Shown here piece after piece: positions 24,678 through 38,812 of a stretch of 64,000 nt of DNA (position 1 is the first letter of the stretch; the number at the start of each line of letters is the position of its first letter). Location: assembly GCF_023055435.1 (NCBI RefSeq), contig NW_025963779.1, positions 12,834,001 through 12,898,000 on the forward strand, given 5' to 3'. The position numbers and the translations under genes are program-made. The notes below the pieces were generated by a model. The model saw only the letters and a program-made list of their open reading frames with translations. It was not told the DNA's origin and did not search any database. This DNA is from Haliotis rufescens. Its lineage: Eukaryota.

Positions 24678-25145
24678 ATCAAACACACAAATACTTCACC
24701 ATCAAACACACAAGTCCTTCATCATCAACACAAGAGTAATTCACTATCAAACACACAAATACTTCACCATCAAACACAAAAGTACTTCACTATCAAACAC
24801 ACAAATACTTCACCTTCAAACACACAAGTCCTTCACCATCAAACACAAGAGTAATTCACTATCAAACACACAAATACTTCACCATCAAACATACAAATAC
24901 TTCACCATGAAACACACAAATCCTTCACTATGAAACACAAGAGTAATTTACTACCAAAACACACAAATACTTCACTATCAAGTGGACAAATACTTCACAT
25001 AAATCACAATGAAACACACAAATACTTCACTATTAAACACACAAGAACTACACTATTAATCACTCAAACACTTTACAATCAAACACACATATACTTTACC
25101 ATCAATATCACAACTACTTCACCATCAAACACGAAACACTTACAA
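24678..25145. repeat. 23-bp minisatellite abutting exon 9 acceptor
   Basis: Unit ATCAAACACACAAATACTTCACC, decaying with distance. Confidence 0.9.
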
Positions 25146-26703
25146 TTCCTCATTAAACTAATCTTATCCTACAAATTTGCATGGCTCTTTTTCCTTTCCA
25201 TATTTGCCTGGAAGAGTGAATGACCTTGGCTCAAAGAATTAAATGAACATCAGATGTTCACAAACTTTCAGTCATAAAATTCCACCACCCTTTAAAGGAC
25301 ATTTCAAGACATAAAATAAAATTATTAAGGCCATTTTTTGATAAACCAATAACAGACAACAAACTCATTTTCACACACACATATCGGAGCTGTTGACCAA
25401 AACATTGTACAGGATTCCATGAGCCTTAGATGATAATTGAGAGAAGGGAGGTAACTCTAAACAAAGTCTAGTACAAAGTCGTAGAGATCATCAATAAAGA
25501 CAGTTTTATGTCATCAAAACATGCAAAATGGATAGAGTATCAAGCATAATTTTCACACATTCATTTCTGTCAAATTGCTCTTAATTTCATGCTTTCGCAA
25601 AACAATCATGTACTGGGTATTCAAGATCTTCTTAAGACAAATGTCACAATAACAGTTTTTTCAAAGCTGTGTATCTATGAAAATGCAGACATTACATGCA
25701 TCTGACTGATTTTTGTTCCAAGCCAGCATTGAACACTGTTTGGTTCTGCTGTGGAGACCAAATCAATGTGTTTCAATGGAAATGAATATTGTATATCAGA
25801 ATTCTGTGACCACTACAAAGAAACCATTGTTATAAACACAAAGACGTAACTCTTAAGACCAAGAGGTTTCAGTCGAGATGTCGCAAATGTAGCAAATCTT
25901 AATGTATGTAAACAGCTACAGCAAGGTCCCTCCATTCAGTCGAGCCAAAAACTCAAGAAAGTAGTTAACGACACTATGGTTAATTTGTGTACAAAGACCC
26001 ATTTGCTTCCTTGAAATGAAATAACCAACAACATTTAAATGTCCTTAATAACAAAAGGCACCAGTTCACCAACTGACTGATACACATGTGCAAAGTGAAT
26101 GGTCTGAGGCATTATGCTCCCGAAAAAAAAGTGGCTGGACAGACAGATGGTGATAGCATTTCAATGGTTAGGTTGGTTGGTTTGTTGTTTAACGCCGCAC
26201 TCAGCAATATTCCAGCTATATGACGGTGGTCTGTAAATAATCGAGTCTGGACCAGACAATGACAGTGATTGATATCATTAGCATCAATCCATGCAATTGG
26301 GATCAATGACATGCATCAACCAAGTCAGCGAGCCTGACCACCCGATCCCGTTAGTCGCCTTTTACGACAAGCATAGTCGCCTTTTACGGCAAGCATGGGT
26401 TACTGAAGACCTATTCTACCCAGGAATCTTCATCATGATACGCAGTAAATAATAAAAATTGGATTTCAACAACGCTTTATGCTGTCAGAGCATTATGGCT
26501 CACAACTAGCAATTAAGTGTAATCTCCCAATTTACATTTTAGTCAGCATTTATGATAAGCAAGGATAAGAATTTATGGATGAACAACTCTTTATTACAAT
26601 TAAGAGGGAAGTGTCGGTGTAGGTTCTAAGGGAGCATTGGGTGATTGCACCTATTCTGCCACTGAATACCCTCAGGATCACTGGACAAAGGTGTGGAACT
26701 CAC

Positions 26704-26801
26704 AGGGTTGCAGTCCTCCATGTTGTAGAGCTGTGTGGCGGTGCATCTCTTCAGCACAGGCATCAAGATGTCAGCAGGAATACCACCCACATAGTCAATG
26801 G
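26704..26801 (-). CDS. ELOA: Elongin A exon 8
   Basis: SIDYVGGIPADILMPVLKRCTATQLYNMEDCNP. Confidence 0.95.
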
Positions 26802-27276
26802 CTGAAACAATAGAGGGTGTGAGTAGGGATGAACCTGATTGAGTAGGGAACACTGTAGTCCTACTCATCCTGTCGGACAGGACTGTTGGACATATAGATA
26901 GGGAGTTGGGTTTTACACCACTTGTAGCAATATTCCAGCAATACCATAGGGACACCAGAAATATGCTTCACAAATTGTAGCGATGTACAGAATCAAACCT
27001 GTCAAGGGTCCTGTTACACAAACCCAACTCAGGTGATCGTAACTCCCATACTTTAACATTGGCTTACGATAATCGTAGCACTAAGATTGCTGTGTGGAAC
27101 GGGGCCCAGGGGCTGTGCACACTGCCCCTAGACAAGGAGATCTTTGCTATTTACTATTCCTGTTCTGTAAAGCACAGATGACCATAACATGAATACATAC
27201 AGAGAAATCAATTCATTTATCTTAGTTTTCATCCCAATAAACCTTGTCTGAAAGGATAACGTGGATATCAGTTCAG

Positions 27277-27561
27277 AGTGAGTGAGTGAATGAGTTGGGT
27301 TTAACGCCGCTTTTAACAATATTCCAGTTATATCACGGCATGTCTGCTTAATGTGGGAGGAAAGCCCGAAGTGATTCAGGTCTCAGACGTTTACCACTTC
27401 GGTGAAACCCACGAGTACGGGTATGGTGCTGACAAACCTAGAAACATAATCGGGGCGAACCGGGATTCGAACCCACAATCATAGGTTTCTGGCGTGCCCA
27501 AGGGAAGAAGCTCTGCACAGCGAATCGCAGCGCCTTAGACAACTGGGCCACCCGTGCCCCC
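27277..27561 (-). mobile_element. SINE family A
   Basis: TSD ATATCAGTTCAGA. Confidence 0.92.
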
Positions 27562-28768
27562 AATATCAGTTCAGAACGTGCTCATAGGTTTATATTGTAA
27601 GTGACGTGTTAAGTTCTGACATCGTGTTCAGTAAATGCCAGGAAATCTGAATCGTGGGAAGGCAAAACAACTCTTAAACTACAGACGAACATCCCAGCTA
27701 ACACACTACGTTGTTGTAAGGTTGAGGATTCGTAACGTTGTGATACAACCTTGTCACAATGTTGGTATTACATCACCATGCAACGTTATTTCACAACGTA
27801 ATAACAATGTTGCACATTTATGTAGTGGAAACGTTGTGTATTGGACATCACACAATGTTTTGTAACTACGGTTCTGAAACACTGGTGAAATGTTATACAG
27901 TTTGCTTCTTGATAGTCATATAGGAACAGAACTGCTTCATCAAAATTGTCAGAAGGCAGTAATGCTATACTTACCTATATATTCAGCATTTGAATTTTCA
28001 CCCATTAATACTAAAATCTCCAGAACGTAATACCAAGCAAAAATGTTATAACAAACTCAAAGGGAGCACTAATTCTAGTTCGCTATAACCGTAGTTCGTT
28101 ATAACCGTAGTTCGTTACAAGCAGGTATACAGCACATATTCAGCAAATTGCTGGGACCAAAAAACCCCAGTTTGTTATATCCATCAGTTCATTAAAAGCG
28201 TGTTCATTACAAATGTAGTTTACTGTATTTGTTTCAGGGTCTGTATGACAGACTAGTAAAAATATTGCAATACCCGGTACTACATCAGTGATTTTGCTAA
28301 ATGTGTTTGTTGGTTAACGCCGCACTCAGCAATATTCCAGCTATATGACAGTGGTCTGTAAATAAACAAGTCTGAACCAGACAATCCAGTGACTGACATC
28401 ATGAGCATCGATCCACGAAATTGGGATACGACGACATGCAACCAAGTCAGCGAGCCTGACCACCATCCAATTAGTGGCCTCATACGACAAGTATAGTCGC
28501 CTTTTACAGCAAGCATGGGTTGCTGAAGACCTATTCTACCCCGGATCTTCACGGGTCGATTTGGCCAAAGATGGCATTGGGACATTTTCATGATCTTATT
28601 AACTTTTCATTGGTAGAAGACATTTTTCTATATCATTACCAAAGTACAGGACATTTTTTATGAAAATAAGTCCGTGTCCTAGACAATGAACTGATATTAA
28701 AAGCTGCTATGCAAATATTACATGGGGAACCATCCCTGTTTGACCAACAACCTCATGATGATACTCAC

Positions 28769-28822
28769 AATCAATGTTATCTATAAGGACTTGCATACAG
28801 ATGTCAAATAGAGGCTTCATTG
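28769..28822 (-). CDS. ELOA: Elongin A exon 7 (BC box)
   Basis: TMKPLFDICMQVLIDNID; ttccag| and |gtgagt. Confidence 0.92.
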
Positions 28823-29115
28823 CTGGAAGGAAAGGTTAAGAAATCAGACATGGAAACACAACATCTTCAACATAAGTGGATCAAAGAGTAAACGTCGGAG
28901 CCTGTGACAATGTCTGTCATAGGTTCAAAGAGTGTATGTCAGATCTTGAGACAATGTATATCATAGGTTCACATAGTGTGTGTTTAATGGTATGAAAGTC
29001 GGAGCTTCATATCAGATGATTCATATCGTGTGAACATACCCGTATATATGATTATCTGTCAAATATTTGTAACTTGCAGTATCTGTCGGATTACGATTGT
29101 CAAAGATTGTCTTAC

Positions 29116-29193
29116 TTGTCGTGGTGTGTTTTCTGCCTGAGTACACCTGTGTGCGGGTATTGGATTTGAAGCCAACCTTCGCTGGGTCATGCA
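29116..29193 (-). CDS. ELOA: Elongin A exon 6
   Basis: VHDPAKVGFKSNTRTQVYSGRKHTTT; conserved QVYSG. Confidence 0.9.
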
Positions 29194-29996
29194 CTGAAAA
29201 CACAAGACATACATATCACTAAACATGTTTGATAAGCTAAACCAATTCAATGACAGTGGTAGACACCATGTGCTATTGCATGAAATTGTAAACCATAATT
29301 AATTTCAGAATAGTTTGATGTCTATACATGTTCTTGAAAAGAAACAACCAGCCACTACAATTCTTCCATGGGATCACAGAGGGCCTGATGTACAGAAGAC
29401 AACCGTGCAGAATTGTGAACGTTATTTGGCTTCTATGGTTGTCAGCAGCACCTCCACATGTGGGTTCCCCGAAGAGGTTCTGTGAAATCCCTGTGACCTC
29501 TTCGGGCTCTCCTCCTACATTAAGCTCATACTGAAATTCTTTTCAAATTGTTAAAAAACAACTTATTCTTTCACTACAGGATTTCACTAAAGATGGCTTA
29601 GATGTTTGGGCCACTCATTCCCTAAAGCACCATAGGCAAATTGGCCATATGTGTCCCTGTTACCATGGTTACTGAAAAGGAAGGAAAAAGTGAATTTTCT
29701 TGTCTTGTTCCTGAAGTAACTGCAGCCATGGCAACTGAACAGGTCAAACCAGTGTAATATATTTTCATTCTGATATGATAAATACCCTGAACACAATTGA
29801 CACAAACGCTTAGCCTTGAGACCATTTTGAAAGACAGGGGATTAAATTTTGCTGTCCAATCTTTCAGGCTTGAAACAAGGTGTGATTTCACCAGTTCTCC
29901 ATTTGCTTTGTCACATAGTCCCAAATACAACTAGCATGAAGCATAGGCGATAGAAAATAACAGTTTTAGTCCACTAGTCCTCATAATGCTATCACA

Positions 29997-30555
29997 CGAG
30001 GGGCGTTCAATAACTTCAATATAAGACCAAGTCACTGAATATCTTTTGCACTTTTATTTTTCAGAATAATCTCCATTCAACTCAATACACTTATTCCATT
30101 TGTCCTTCAAGCTTTTAATACCACTTTTATAGAAATTCACAGATTGGCCCTCTAATCATGCCTCTGTGGCAGCCTTTATGTCCTCGTCATCCTGGAAGCG
30201 TCTTCGTGTGTGGCAGATTTCATTTGCCGGAACAGGAAATAGTCACAGGGGGCTGTAGGTGGGTGATTTAACTGTTCTAATCCACATTCACATATGGCGG
30301 CCTGTGCAATTCTCGACTTGTGAACCGGAGCATGTAAGGAACTTTATTACAGCGAGTTGTTCACGTTTGAGAGAATCCTTGATTGTGACCACCCTTAGGT
30401 GAATGAAGCCATCACAACTAACTTATTGTTGTGTCTGGAACTTGTTATGACACGTGTCAACCTGATGTTATGACCAGTGTCACACCTGCCACAAGTTGAC
30501 ATTGTTTGTGTAAACACAAATGCCCAAGTTGCAAAACTTATTGAACGCCCCTCGT
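29997..30555 (-). mobile_element. Internally deleted mariner element
   Basis: TIRs CGAGGGGCGTTCAATAA; transposase C-terminal remnant DYFLF...FY..GI..L..KW.KCIELNGDY.EK. Confidence 0.85.
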
Positions 30556-31881
30556 ATAGCAAAACCTTTACAAATGGCAACTTTCTACTCTTCCTTATGA
30601 CACCTTAACTATTGGGCTGTTTGGCAAGGGCAATAGGAATAGTGCCAATTTCTAACGTTGTTAATACTTAATTTTTTCTGATTGCAAATATACAGGGGTA
30701 CGGTAGTACAATCCAGGGTGCCGTTGTACAAAACAGCCATTGCGCTTGCCTGTCGTAAGTGTATGTTAAAGTATGGGAGTTACGATCACCTTAGAACTAA
30801 GATCGCTTTGTATAACTGCATCCAGGCCACAATGTTAAATGAAAAGCTATGAGTAAATCCTGTACCGGAGAGACACTTTAACTTGTTAATTCAAGCAAGA
30901 GAATTTCTACGGTTGTGATAAGAGAGATTTTGTGGCAAACTAGTCCATTGTATTCATCATATAGAATGGTAGTGAGGTGAGGTCGGACTCTACATTGCAT
31001 TCACGATTATTACACTTGTAGTGGTGTGCATGCATGTGTGTGTGTGACTGCTTGTACTAATCCATCTTGTACTTGTCCGTCTTATGCTAGTCTTATAGTG
31101 CTAGCCCACTGAGACACCAATTTACCATGCCACAGTTTAACATGGCTTTCCCAATCAGACACAGTATATGACTCAAGCCAGCTAGTCCATGTTTTCTCCC
31201 CTCATTGATGTTAATAATGAGCACAAGGCAAGGTAACAACAAGTTCCATCTCTTAACGTCATAAGGAATAACTCGGCCTGGAGATCAAACTACCGACCTT
31301 CCGGTCTCCAGGGACATACTATCCACTACACCACAGAGATGGCCATATAACAGAAATGAGGTATAACAAGCATAACACTGAAAAATCAAGGTTGGGTGGT
31401 TGGTTTGTTGTTTAACACCACACTCAGTAATATTCCAGCTATATGACGGCGGACTGTAAATAATCGAGTCTGGACCAGACAATCCAGTGATTGATATCAT
31501 CAGCATTGATCCACGCAATTGGGATCGATGACATGCATCGACCATGTCAGCGAGCCTGACCACTCGATCCTGTTAGTCGCCTCTTACAACAAGCATACCC
31601 GCCTGTTACGGCAAGCATGGGTTGCTGAGGAGCTATTCTACCCCGGCTGAAAAATCAAGAAAGAGTGAGTGCGTGAGTGTGGTTTTATATCGCTTTTAGC
31701 AATATTCCAGCAATATCACCGCAGGCGACACCAGATATGTGCTTCACACATTGTACCCATGTGGGGAATCAAACCGGCATGGCAGGCAAACGCTTTAACC
31801 ACTAGGCTACCCCACCGCCCCAATCAAGGAAGAAGACAGAATACACAGTTTCAGCTACAGGCATGTTGTAGAGTTGCTCAC

Positions 31882-31975
31882 CTTGCTTCTTCTCCACCTC
31901 GTTGAACCTCCACGGCCTGTAGTGAGCGTGAGTCTCTGGGAGGTAGCCCAGGATGTCCTGCTCCGTGATCCTCAC
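31882..31975 (-). CDS. ELOA: Elongin A exon 5
   Basis: VRITEQDILGYLPETHAHYRPWRFNEVEKKQ; phase 0-1. Confidence 0.88.
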
Positions 31976-33181
31976 CTGGACAACCCACACACAACTTCAC
32001 CCACATCCTCATCACGTTCATTTTATCATATTGACATACATGTTTTCCATAACAGTTGTTAGCAGTTATTGATCACATGTTAAAGGCAACATTTATTTTT
32101 ATTCTTTAACCATGTTAACATGGTTAACATGCTGGGTTAATCCATAAAAGTAATGACAAATCAGTTTGAGTTGCAAATTCATTGAACTGTCCTCACACTT
32201 ATCATGTAAGCACAAGTTTTGAAATAGATGTCATCATCTATAAGGATGTAATTTCCTGATACTAGACTTAAACAAAAATAAGAATTGGTTCTCAGGCAAT
32301 GATTTTTGAAAATATAGTGCGGGCGGGCGGTGGTTTTGGGGTTTATTTTTTGGCTTGTTCAAACTAGTATGTAACCAAATAGACAGTTGTTTACCATCTA
32401 CCTGGGAAAGGGCCTCCCTACATAAACAAGCATACAAACTCCTATTGCTAGAATTACCATAACATGAGATGCACAGTAAAGCAATGCACATGTAACGGGA
32501 AGTAACTATATTGGGTCGCATTGTTTTGAGGTATTAAGACTTTTTTGTTAAAAATTAAAAATGGAAATAAAAACGAAACATGCAGCAGACCTGATGATGC
32601 GGGCGGTGCCTGAGAACCAAGACTATTACTTTTAGCCCTATATATGAGAAAAGGAGAAGCCTCAAAGTACTGACCAAAGAATTAAAAAAATTATTGTCTT
32701 TTGTAGAGTTCAGAACATGTGCAGAAGTATTTATGTTATGTTGTTGTCATGTTTTTCAGTTTTCAAATCACATTTCTTTTACTTTGCTTTATTTATCAAC
32801 ACAAACAGCAAATTCCTTTCAAATACACTGAACATGGGTAAATGAAGCATTGATAAACATGATACACATCACATTGCTTGTTGCCGTATGTCTCAGCATC
32901 AATATTCCCCCTGTATCATGGCAGCCTGTGACTACTATTGCCAGGGCAAGTATAACAGTGGTTGACATCGTTGCCAGCAAGACTATCATACCAAGGTACC
33001 AGGGACAATGTTACACAAGCAGCCAAATCACAGAGCCTGACCACACAATCATCATGGTCAACCCTTGTGCCAAGCATGAGCTACAGGGGACCAAGGAACT
33101 GGATCCACACAAGTTCATAATCAATGCAACAGTTTGTGCCACTCACAAGACCCCGAGGAAAATCATGTAAGCAATACTCAC

Positions 33182-35121
33182 ATCTTTCGGTGCTGGGGGC
33201 ACCCCAAAGCCTGATGTTCCTGCTTCGGGTTGCAGGACAGGACTCTCGTCCCTCACCGGTTTCATCTCTGTCTTTTTCTTCACTTTAAACTTGTCATAAT
33301 TCATTTTATTCTCGACAGGTGCTGCCATCGTTTTGGGTCTCTTTGGTGCCGATGAAGTATCACACTTCAAAAAATCATCAAATGACATATTGTTGTCATC
33401 TAACTCCACATGTTTCCGTTTTTCTACCTTCTTCTTCTTGTCACTACTTTTAGAACTGTCCTTCCCACTATTCTGAACAGCTCCACTACTCCCTGAATGA
33501 CTATCCCTGCTGCTACTCTTGGAATGAGGGTCACTAGCACTGGTCTTTGAGTGCCGGTCTTTGGACCGTTGTACATCATGCTTAGACCTCTCCTTAAGTT
33601 CCTTCACCTCTCGACTCTCATCCCTATGTTTGTCCTTTTTCGGCACATTGGAAGAATGTTTGTCACTCCTGTGTTCTGACTTCATGTGACTATTCCCTGA
33701 GACTGAATACTTTTCATGTTTACTAGGCACAGCATTAGAATGAGAGTTGGCTTTAGAAGAGTGAGAAGGCTTAGGAGAATGTGTTCTCTCTGGTTTAGGC
33801 AATGTAGGTTTGGAAGAAGCACCTGTAGGATTCACTGGTTTAGGCTTTGGTTTATTCGAAACCGTTTTGACTTTCTCAGATTTGTCAACACTAAATAAAT
33901 CAAACACTGAGGCTCCATGACCTGATACAGGTTTGGCTTTCTTTTTTGACACAATCTTCTCATCTTTTTCCGGAGTAAACAAACTAGCAGAGGAATACAT
34001 ATCATCCTTGGAAGGTTTGGCGCTGCCAGATTTAGAGCCGGAATGTGAAGAACTAGGTTTGGAGTCTTTATCTCTCCGGTGCTTGTCAACATCACTTTTT
34101 TGTTCCTTTCTCTGATCTTTAATTTCCTGTTTCTTAGGATCACTATGCTTTGGCTTCCCATTACTACCCACAGATCTACTGCCACTGTCACTGTGTTTTG
34201 ATGATCGATGATCAGTGTGTTTTGATCTAACATCTTGTGGCTTAGGAGACTCCAGTCTGTTTGAACTGGAGTGACTTTTCTCCTTACTGGAATGTTTAGT
34301 CCTGTCTGATGAGGAACCTTCTCTATACTTCTCTTTCTTGGGGTCATGTTTCTCCTTCATTCTGTGCCTGTCTTCCCTAGAAAGTGACACTTCACGGCTG
34401 TCGCTATGTTTATGTTTAACATCCATCTTTGGGGAGTATTGTGGGCTGTCTCTATGTTGATGTTTAAGATCCCTCTTTGGGGAGTGTTGTGGGCTATCTC
34501 TATGCTTGTGTTTAAGATCCCTCTTTGGGGAGTGTTGTGGACTATCTCTATATTTGTGTTTTAAATCCCTCTTTGGGGAGTGTTGTGGACTTTCCCTGTA
34601 TTTCTGCTTCTTTGCCTCTTTGTATGATGCATGTCTTCCGCTGTCTGGACTGTTCTGATAACCATGTCTCTTTCTATCTGGACTGTTCTGATAACCATGT
34701 CTCTTTCTCTCTGGACTGTTCTGATAACCATGTCTCTTCCTGTCTGGACTCTCTTGATAACCATGTCTCATTCTATCTGGACTATCTTGATAACCATGAC
34801 TCTTCCTGTCTGGACTATCTTGATAACCTTCACTGCCACTATCAGGGCTCCCCTGATAATGGTGTCTCCCCCTATCAGGACTATGGCCATGCCTTTTTCT
34901 ATCAGGGCTCTCCTGATAACCACGTCTCCCTCTCTCTGGTGAACTTTCGTTTGATTGCACGTCGTCCTCCTCCTCCTCACTCTCTGAGGTATGCTCATCA
35001 CTGTCAATAAACATGTTTTTGGGTCGGCGTGGTGGTTCCTCATAGTCCTGCTCCTCTTCTCCTCCACTGTCTCCTGGAGACTGATCTCCTGCTGAGGAAT
35101 ACCTCCTGTCTGATTCATCTC
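33182..35121 (-). CDS. ELOA: Elongin A exon 4 (1940 nt, disordered Ser/Lys/His-rich region)
   Basis: Long ORF 33143-35161; cctag|GA and GAT|gtgagt; contains MSFDDFL motif. Confidence 0.92.
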
Positions 35122-35174
35122 CTAGGAATTGTAAAACTTGGTCAAACTCAAGATAAAACAAACCAAAATGACGT

Positions 35175-35610
35175 ATCTAGGTGTTCTCTGGGTGATCTTC
35201 ATTCCCAGTCTATTGGACTAAACTATAATCAGGGACTTATCTTTGGGGATATGGGCCGATCTTCAGCCACTGGGTCTGTGGGACTAAACTACAATATGGG
35301 ATTTATGTTGGTGTTCTCTGGGCGATCTTCAGCTCCAGTCAATAGGACTAAACTACAATATGGGATTTATGTTGGTGTTCTCTGGGCGATCTTCAGCTCC
35401 AGTCAATAGGATTAAACTACAATCAGGGATTTATGTTGATGCTCTCTGGGCGATCTTCAGCCACTGGTCTGTGGGACTAAACTACAATCAGGGATTTATG
35501 TTGATGCTCTCTGGGCGATCTTCAGCCACTGGTCTGTGGGACTAAACTACAATATGGGATTTATTTTGGTGTCCTCTGGGCGATCTTCAGCCCCAGTCAA
35601 TAGGAGTAAA
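35175..35610. repeat. 64-65-bp minisatellite, about 6.5 copies
   Basis: Unit GGACTAAACTACAATATGGGATTTATGTTGGTGTTCTCTGGGCGATCTTCAGC... Confidence 0.92.
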
Positions 35611-36176
35611 CAGGGCTTTATATTGTATGGTGTCTGATGTGCTTATTTTTCCTCAAGGAATATGAATGGTTTATGTGTTAGGCCCAACAATCTGAAACCC
35701 TCACCTATGTCCAACTGTTTACTGCCACAGAAACACATGAAATAAAAATTTCTAAAATTCCTGATTGCCATGAGGCATCAGTTCAGCACTTGCATGAAGT
35801 GCATAAAAGAATTTACAAAGAAACAAACAGTTGACAAGATATGTTTGGGAAACGATCCCCAACCTCATTTAAAAAGTAAGTTCAACTAATACTGGAAACA
35901 CACAAATCTAAATATAATTATTTTCTTAAAATTTCTTAATAAAGCAATTTAAGCATACCTTATGTCTGGGAGAAATATTGGAAAGTTCATGAGTTATGCC
36001 CTAGAAACAAACCCAATCCTAATCTGAACCTAAATCCAACCTGTTACCCTGGAAACTAATAAATGGAAAACATAAACTTTCCTGAACAGCAAAAGGCACA
36101 AGATCAGCACAAGGCAGACAGGCAGATAGAATGACAGTTTGGCTGGTCACTGGGAAAAGTGTATATGTTAACCTAC

Positions 36177-36477
36177 CTGAGTCATGCTCTGGTTCTCGTT
36201 CTGGTTCAGGAGAAGGGGAGCGGGATGGTTCAGGGGATGGGGAGCGTGATGGTTCAGGGGATGGGGAGCGTGAACGTTCAGGGGAGGGGGAGGGTGATCG
36301 TTCGGGGGACGGGGAGGGGGGTGGAGTGGGTGAACGCCTGGAGGAACCTTTCTTCTTCGAGGTGCTGGCCTCATCGGCAACTTGATTCTTCCATCTGGCT
36401 ACCAGTTCTCTTGCCCTGGCACCTATTTCAGTGTCTCTCTTGCGGAATCCATTTACTAGCTTGCCTAGTCCAGTTTC
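36177..36477 (-). CDS. ELOA: Elongin A exon 3
   Basis: ETGLGKLVNGFRKRDTEIGARARELVARWKNQV then SPSPEPSR repeats. Confidence 0.95.
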
Positions 36478-36669
36478 CTGTAAATATAGGTGATTTTCTA
36501 TATCACAACCACTGTTTACAAAGGTTAGTTCCAGGAAAGGGAACAATGATTGATGGAATGGGGAGTTGGAAAACAAACAACAGTAGGTAGCAAGCAGTGG
36601 GGAGTGGGGAGTGGGGAGCATTGGTGGTTGGATTCAAGGTTGGAAACATTGCCATTTGGTGGGGGTAAT

Positions 36670-38390
36670 TAGGGGTGAGGAACACTGAATGGGGAATGCT
36701 GATGGGTGGACTCAGGGCTTGGGAACGTTGATCTGTGGAATCTGGGGTGGGGAACACTAAACGGGTAGAATCAGGGGTGGGGGACAATGAAGGATGGAAT
36801 CATCAGGACTGGGGTACACTGATGGGTGGAATCAGGGGGGGTGGGGGACAATGAAGGATGGAATCAGGACTGGGGAACACAGATGGATGGAATCAGGGGT
36901 GGGGGACAATGATGGGTGGAATCTGGGGTGGGGGACACTGATGGGTGGAATCTGGGGTGGGGAACACTGATGGGTTGAACCTGGGGTGGGGAACACTGAT
37001 GGGTAGAATCTGGGGTGGGGGACACTGATGGGTGAAATCTGGGGTGTGGGACACTGATGGGTGGAATCTGGGGTGGGGGACAATGATGGGTGGAATCTGG
37101 GGTGGGGGACAATGAAGGATGGAATCAGGACTGGGAAACACTGATGGGTGGAATCAGGGGGGTGGGGGACAATGAAGGATGGAATCAGGACTGGGGAACA
37201 CTGATGGGTGGAATCAGGGGGGGTGGGGGACAATGAAGGATGGAATCAGGACTGGGGAACACTGATGGGTGGAATCAGGGGGGGTGGGGGACAATGAAGG
37301 ATGGAATCAGGACTGGGGAACACTGATGGGTGAAATCTGGGGTGGGGGACACTGATGGGTGGAATCTGGGGTGGGGGACACTGATGGGTGGAATCTGGGG
37401 TGGGGGACAATGAAGGATGGAATCAGGACTGGGGAACACTGATGGGTGGAATCAGGGGGGGTGGGGGGACAATGAAGGATGGAATCAGGACTGGGGAACA
37501 CTGATGGGTGAAATCTGGGGTGGGGGACACTGATGGGTAGAATCTGGGGTGGGGGACAATGATGGGTGGAATCTGGGGTGGGGGACAATGATGGGTGGAA
37601 TCTGGGGTGGGGGACAATGATGGGTGGAATCTGGGGGGGGGGGACACTGATGGGTGGAATCTGGGGCAGCAGACAATGAAGGATGGAATCAGGACTTGGG
37701 AACACTGATGGGTGGAATCAGGGGGGGTGGGGGACAATGAAGGATGGAATCAGGACTGGGGAACACTGATGGGTGAAATCTGGGGTGGGGGACACTGATG
37801 GGTAGAATCTGGGGTGGGGGACAATGATGGGTGGAATCTGGGGTGGGGGACAATGATGGGTGGAATCTGGGGGGGGGGACACTGATGGGTGGAATCTGGG
37901 GCAGGGGACAATGAAGGATGGAATCAGGACTTGGGAACACTGATGGGTGGAATCAGGGGGGGTGGGGGACAATGAAGGATGGAATCAGGACTGGGGAACA
38001 CTGATGGGTGAAATCTGGGGTGGGGGACACTGATGGGTAGAATCTGGGGTGTGGGACAATGAAGGATGGAATCAGGACTGGGGAACACTGATGGGTGGAA
38101 TATGGGGTGGGGGACACTGATGGGTGGAATCTGGGGTGGGGGACACTGATGGGTGGAAGCTGGGGTGGGGGACAATGATGGGTGGAATCTGGGGTGTGGG
38201 ACAATGAAGGATGGAATCAGGACTGGGGAACACTGATGGGTGGAATATGGGGTGGGGGACACTGATGGGTGGAATCTGGGGTGGGGGACACTGATGGGTG
38301 GGGGACACTGATGGGTGGAATCTGGGTTGGGGGACAATGATGGGTGAAATCAGGGATGGGGGACAATGAAGGTAGGAATCTGGACTGGGG
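36670..38390. repeat. G-rich 29-bp minisatellite with two unit types
   Basis: CTGATGGGTGGAATCTGGGGTGGGGGACA and ATGAAGGATGGAATCAGGACTGGGGAACA. Confidence 0.97.
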
Positions 38391-38733
38391 AAGTGCGTGA
38401 TAAGTGCAGGATTTAACCACTAGGCCACCCCAGCAACCTCCTTGATGTAATTGATTCCAATAATCAAACCCTCTCCACGAAACCTGACGTAAGTACATAT
38501 CTTACAGGCATACAAATGATGAATGGCTTAGATCCATAGGTTAATTACTCATTGGCAATTCATTGATGGAATCCTTACACAAGAAGGATAATATAGGATT
38601 TTCAGTTGATCTGAGTGCGAGTCTTCATACCCTTTGATTTACAGGCTACAGACCTGGCTCCAGATCACAATACATGACATATGGCAGCACACATTCAATA
38701 CTACCCATACTGGACACACTCCCTTCGACTGAC

Positions 38734-38790
38734 CTGCAACAGTGATATGGAAACTTGGAGGACGGACAGCTTATTGAGAACCAGCAGCAC
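38734..38790 (-). CDS. ELOA: Elongin A exon 2
   Basis: VLLVLNKLSVLQVSISLLQ; tttcag| and |gtcagt; phase 0-0. Confidence 0.9.
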
Positions 38791-38812
38791 CTGAAATGAA
38801 AGAAAACAGTTA

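Noticed and set aside
29021-29115. Extension of Elongin A exon 6 to a donor near 29039
   Set aside because: That donor is phase 2, incompatible with the phase 1 BC-box exon.
36503-38498. Pro-rich ORFs
   Set aside because: Translations of the 29-bp minisatellite in all frames.
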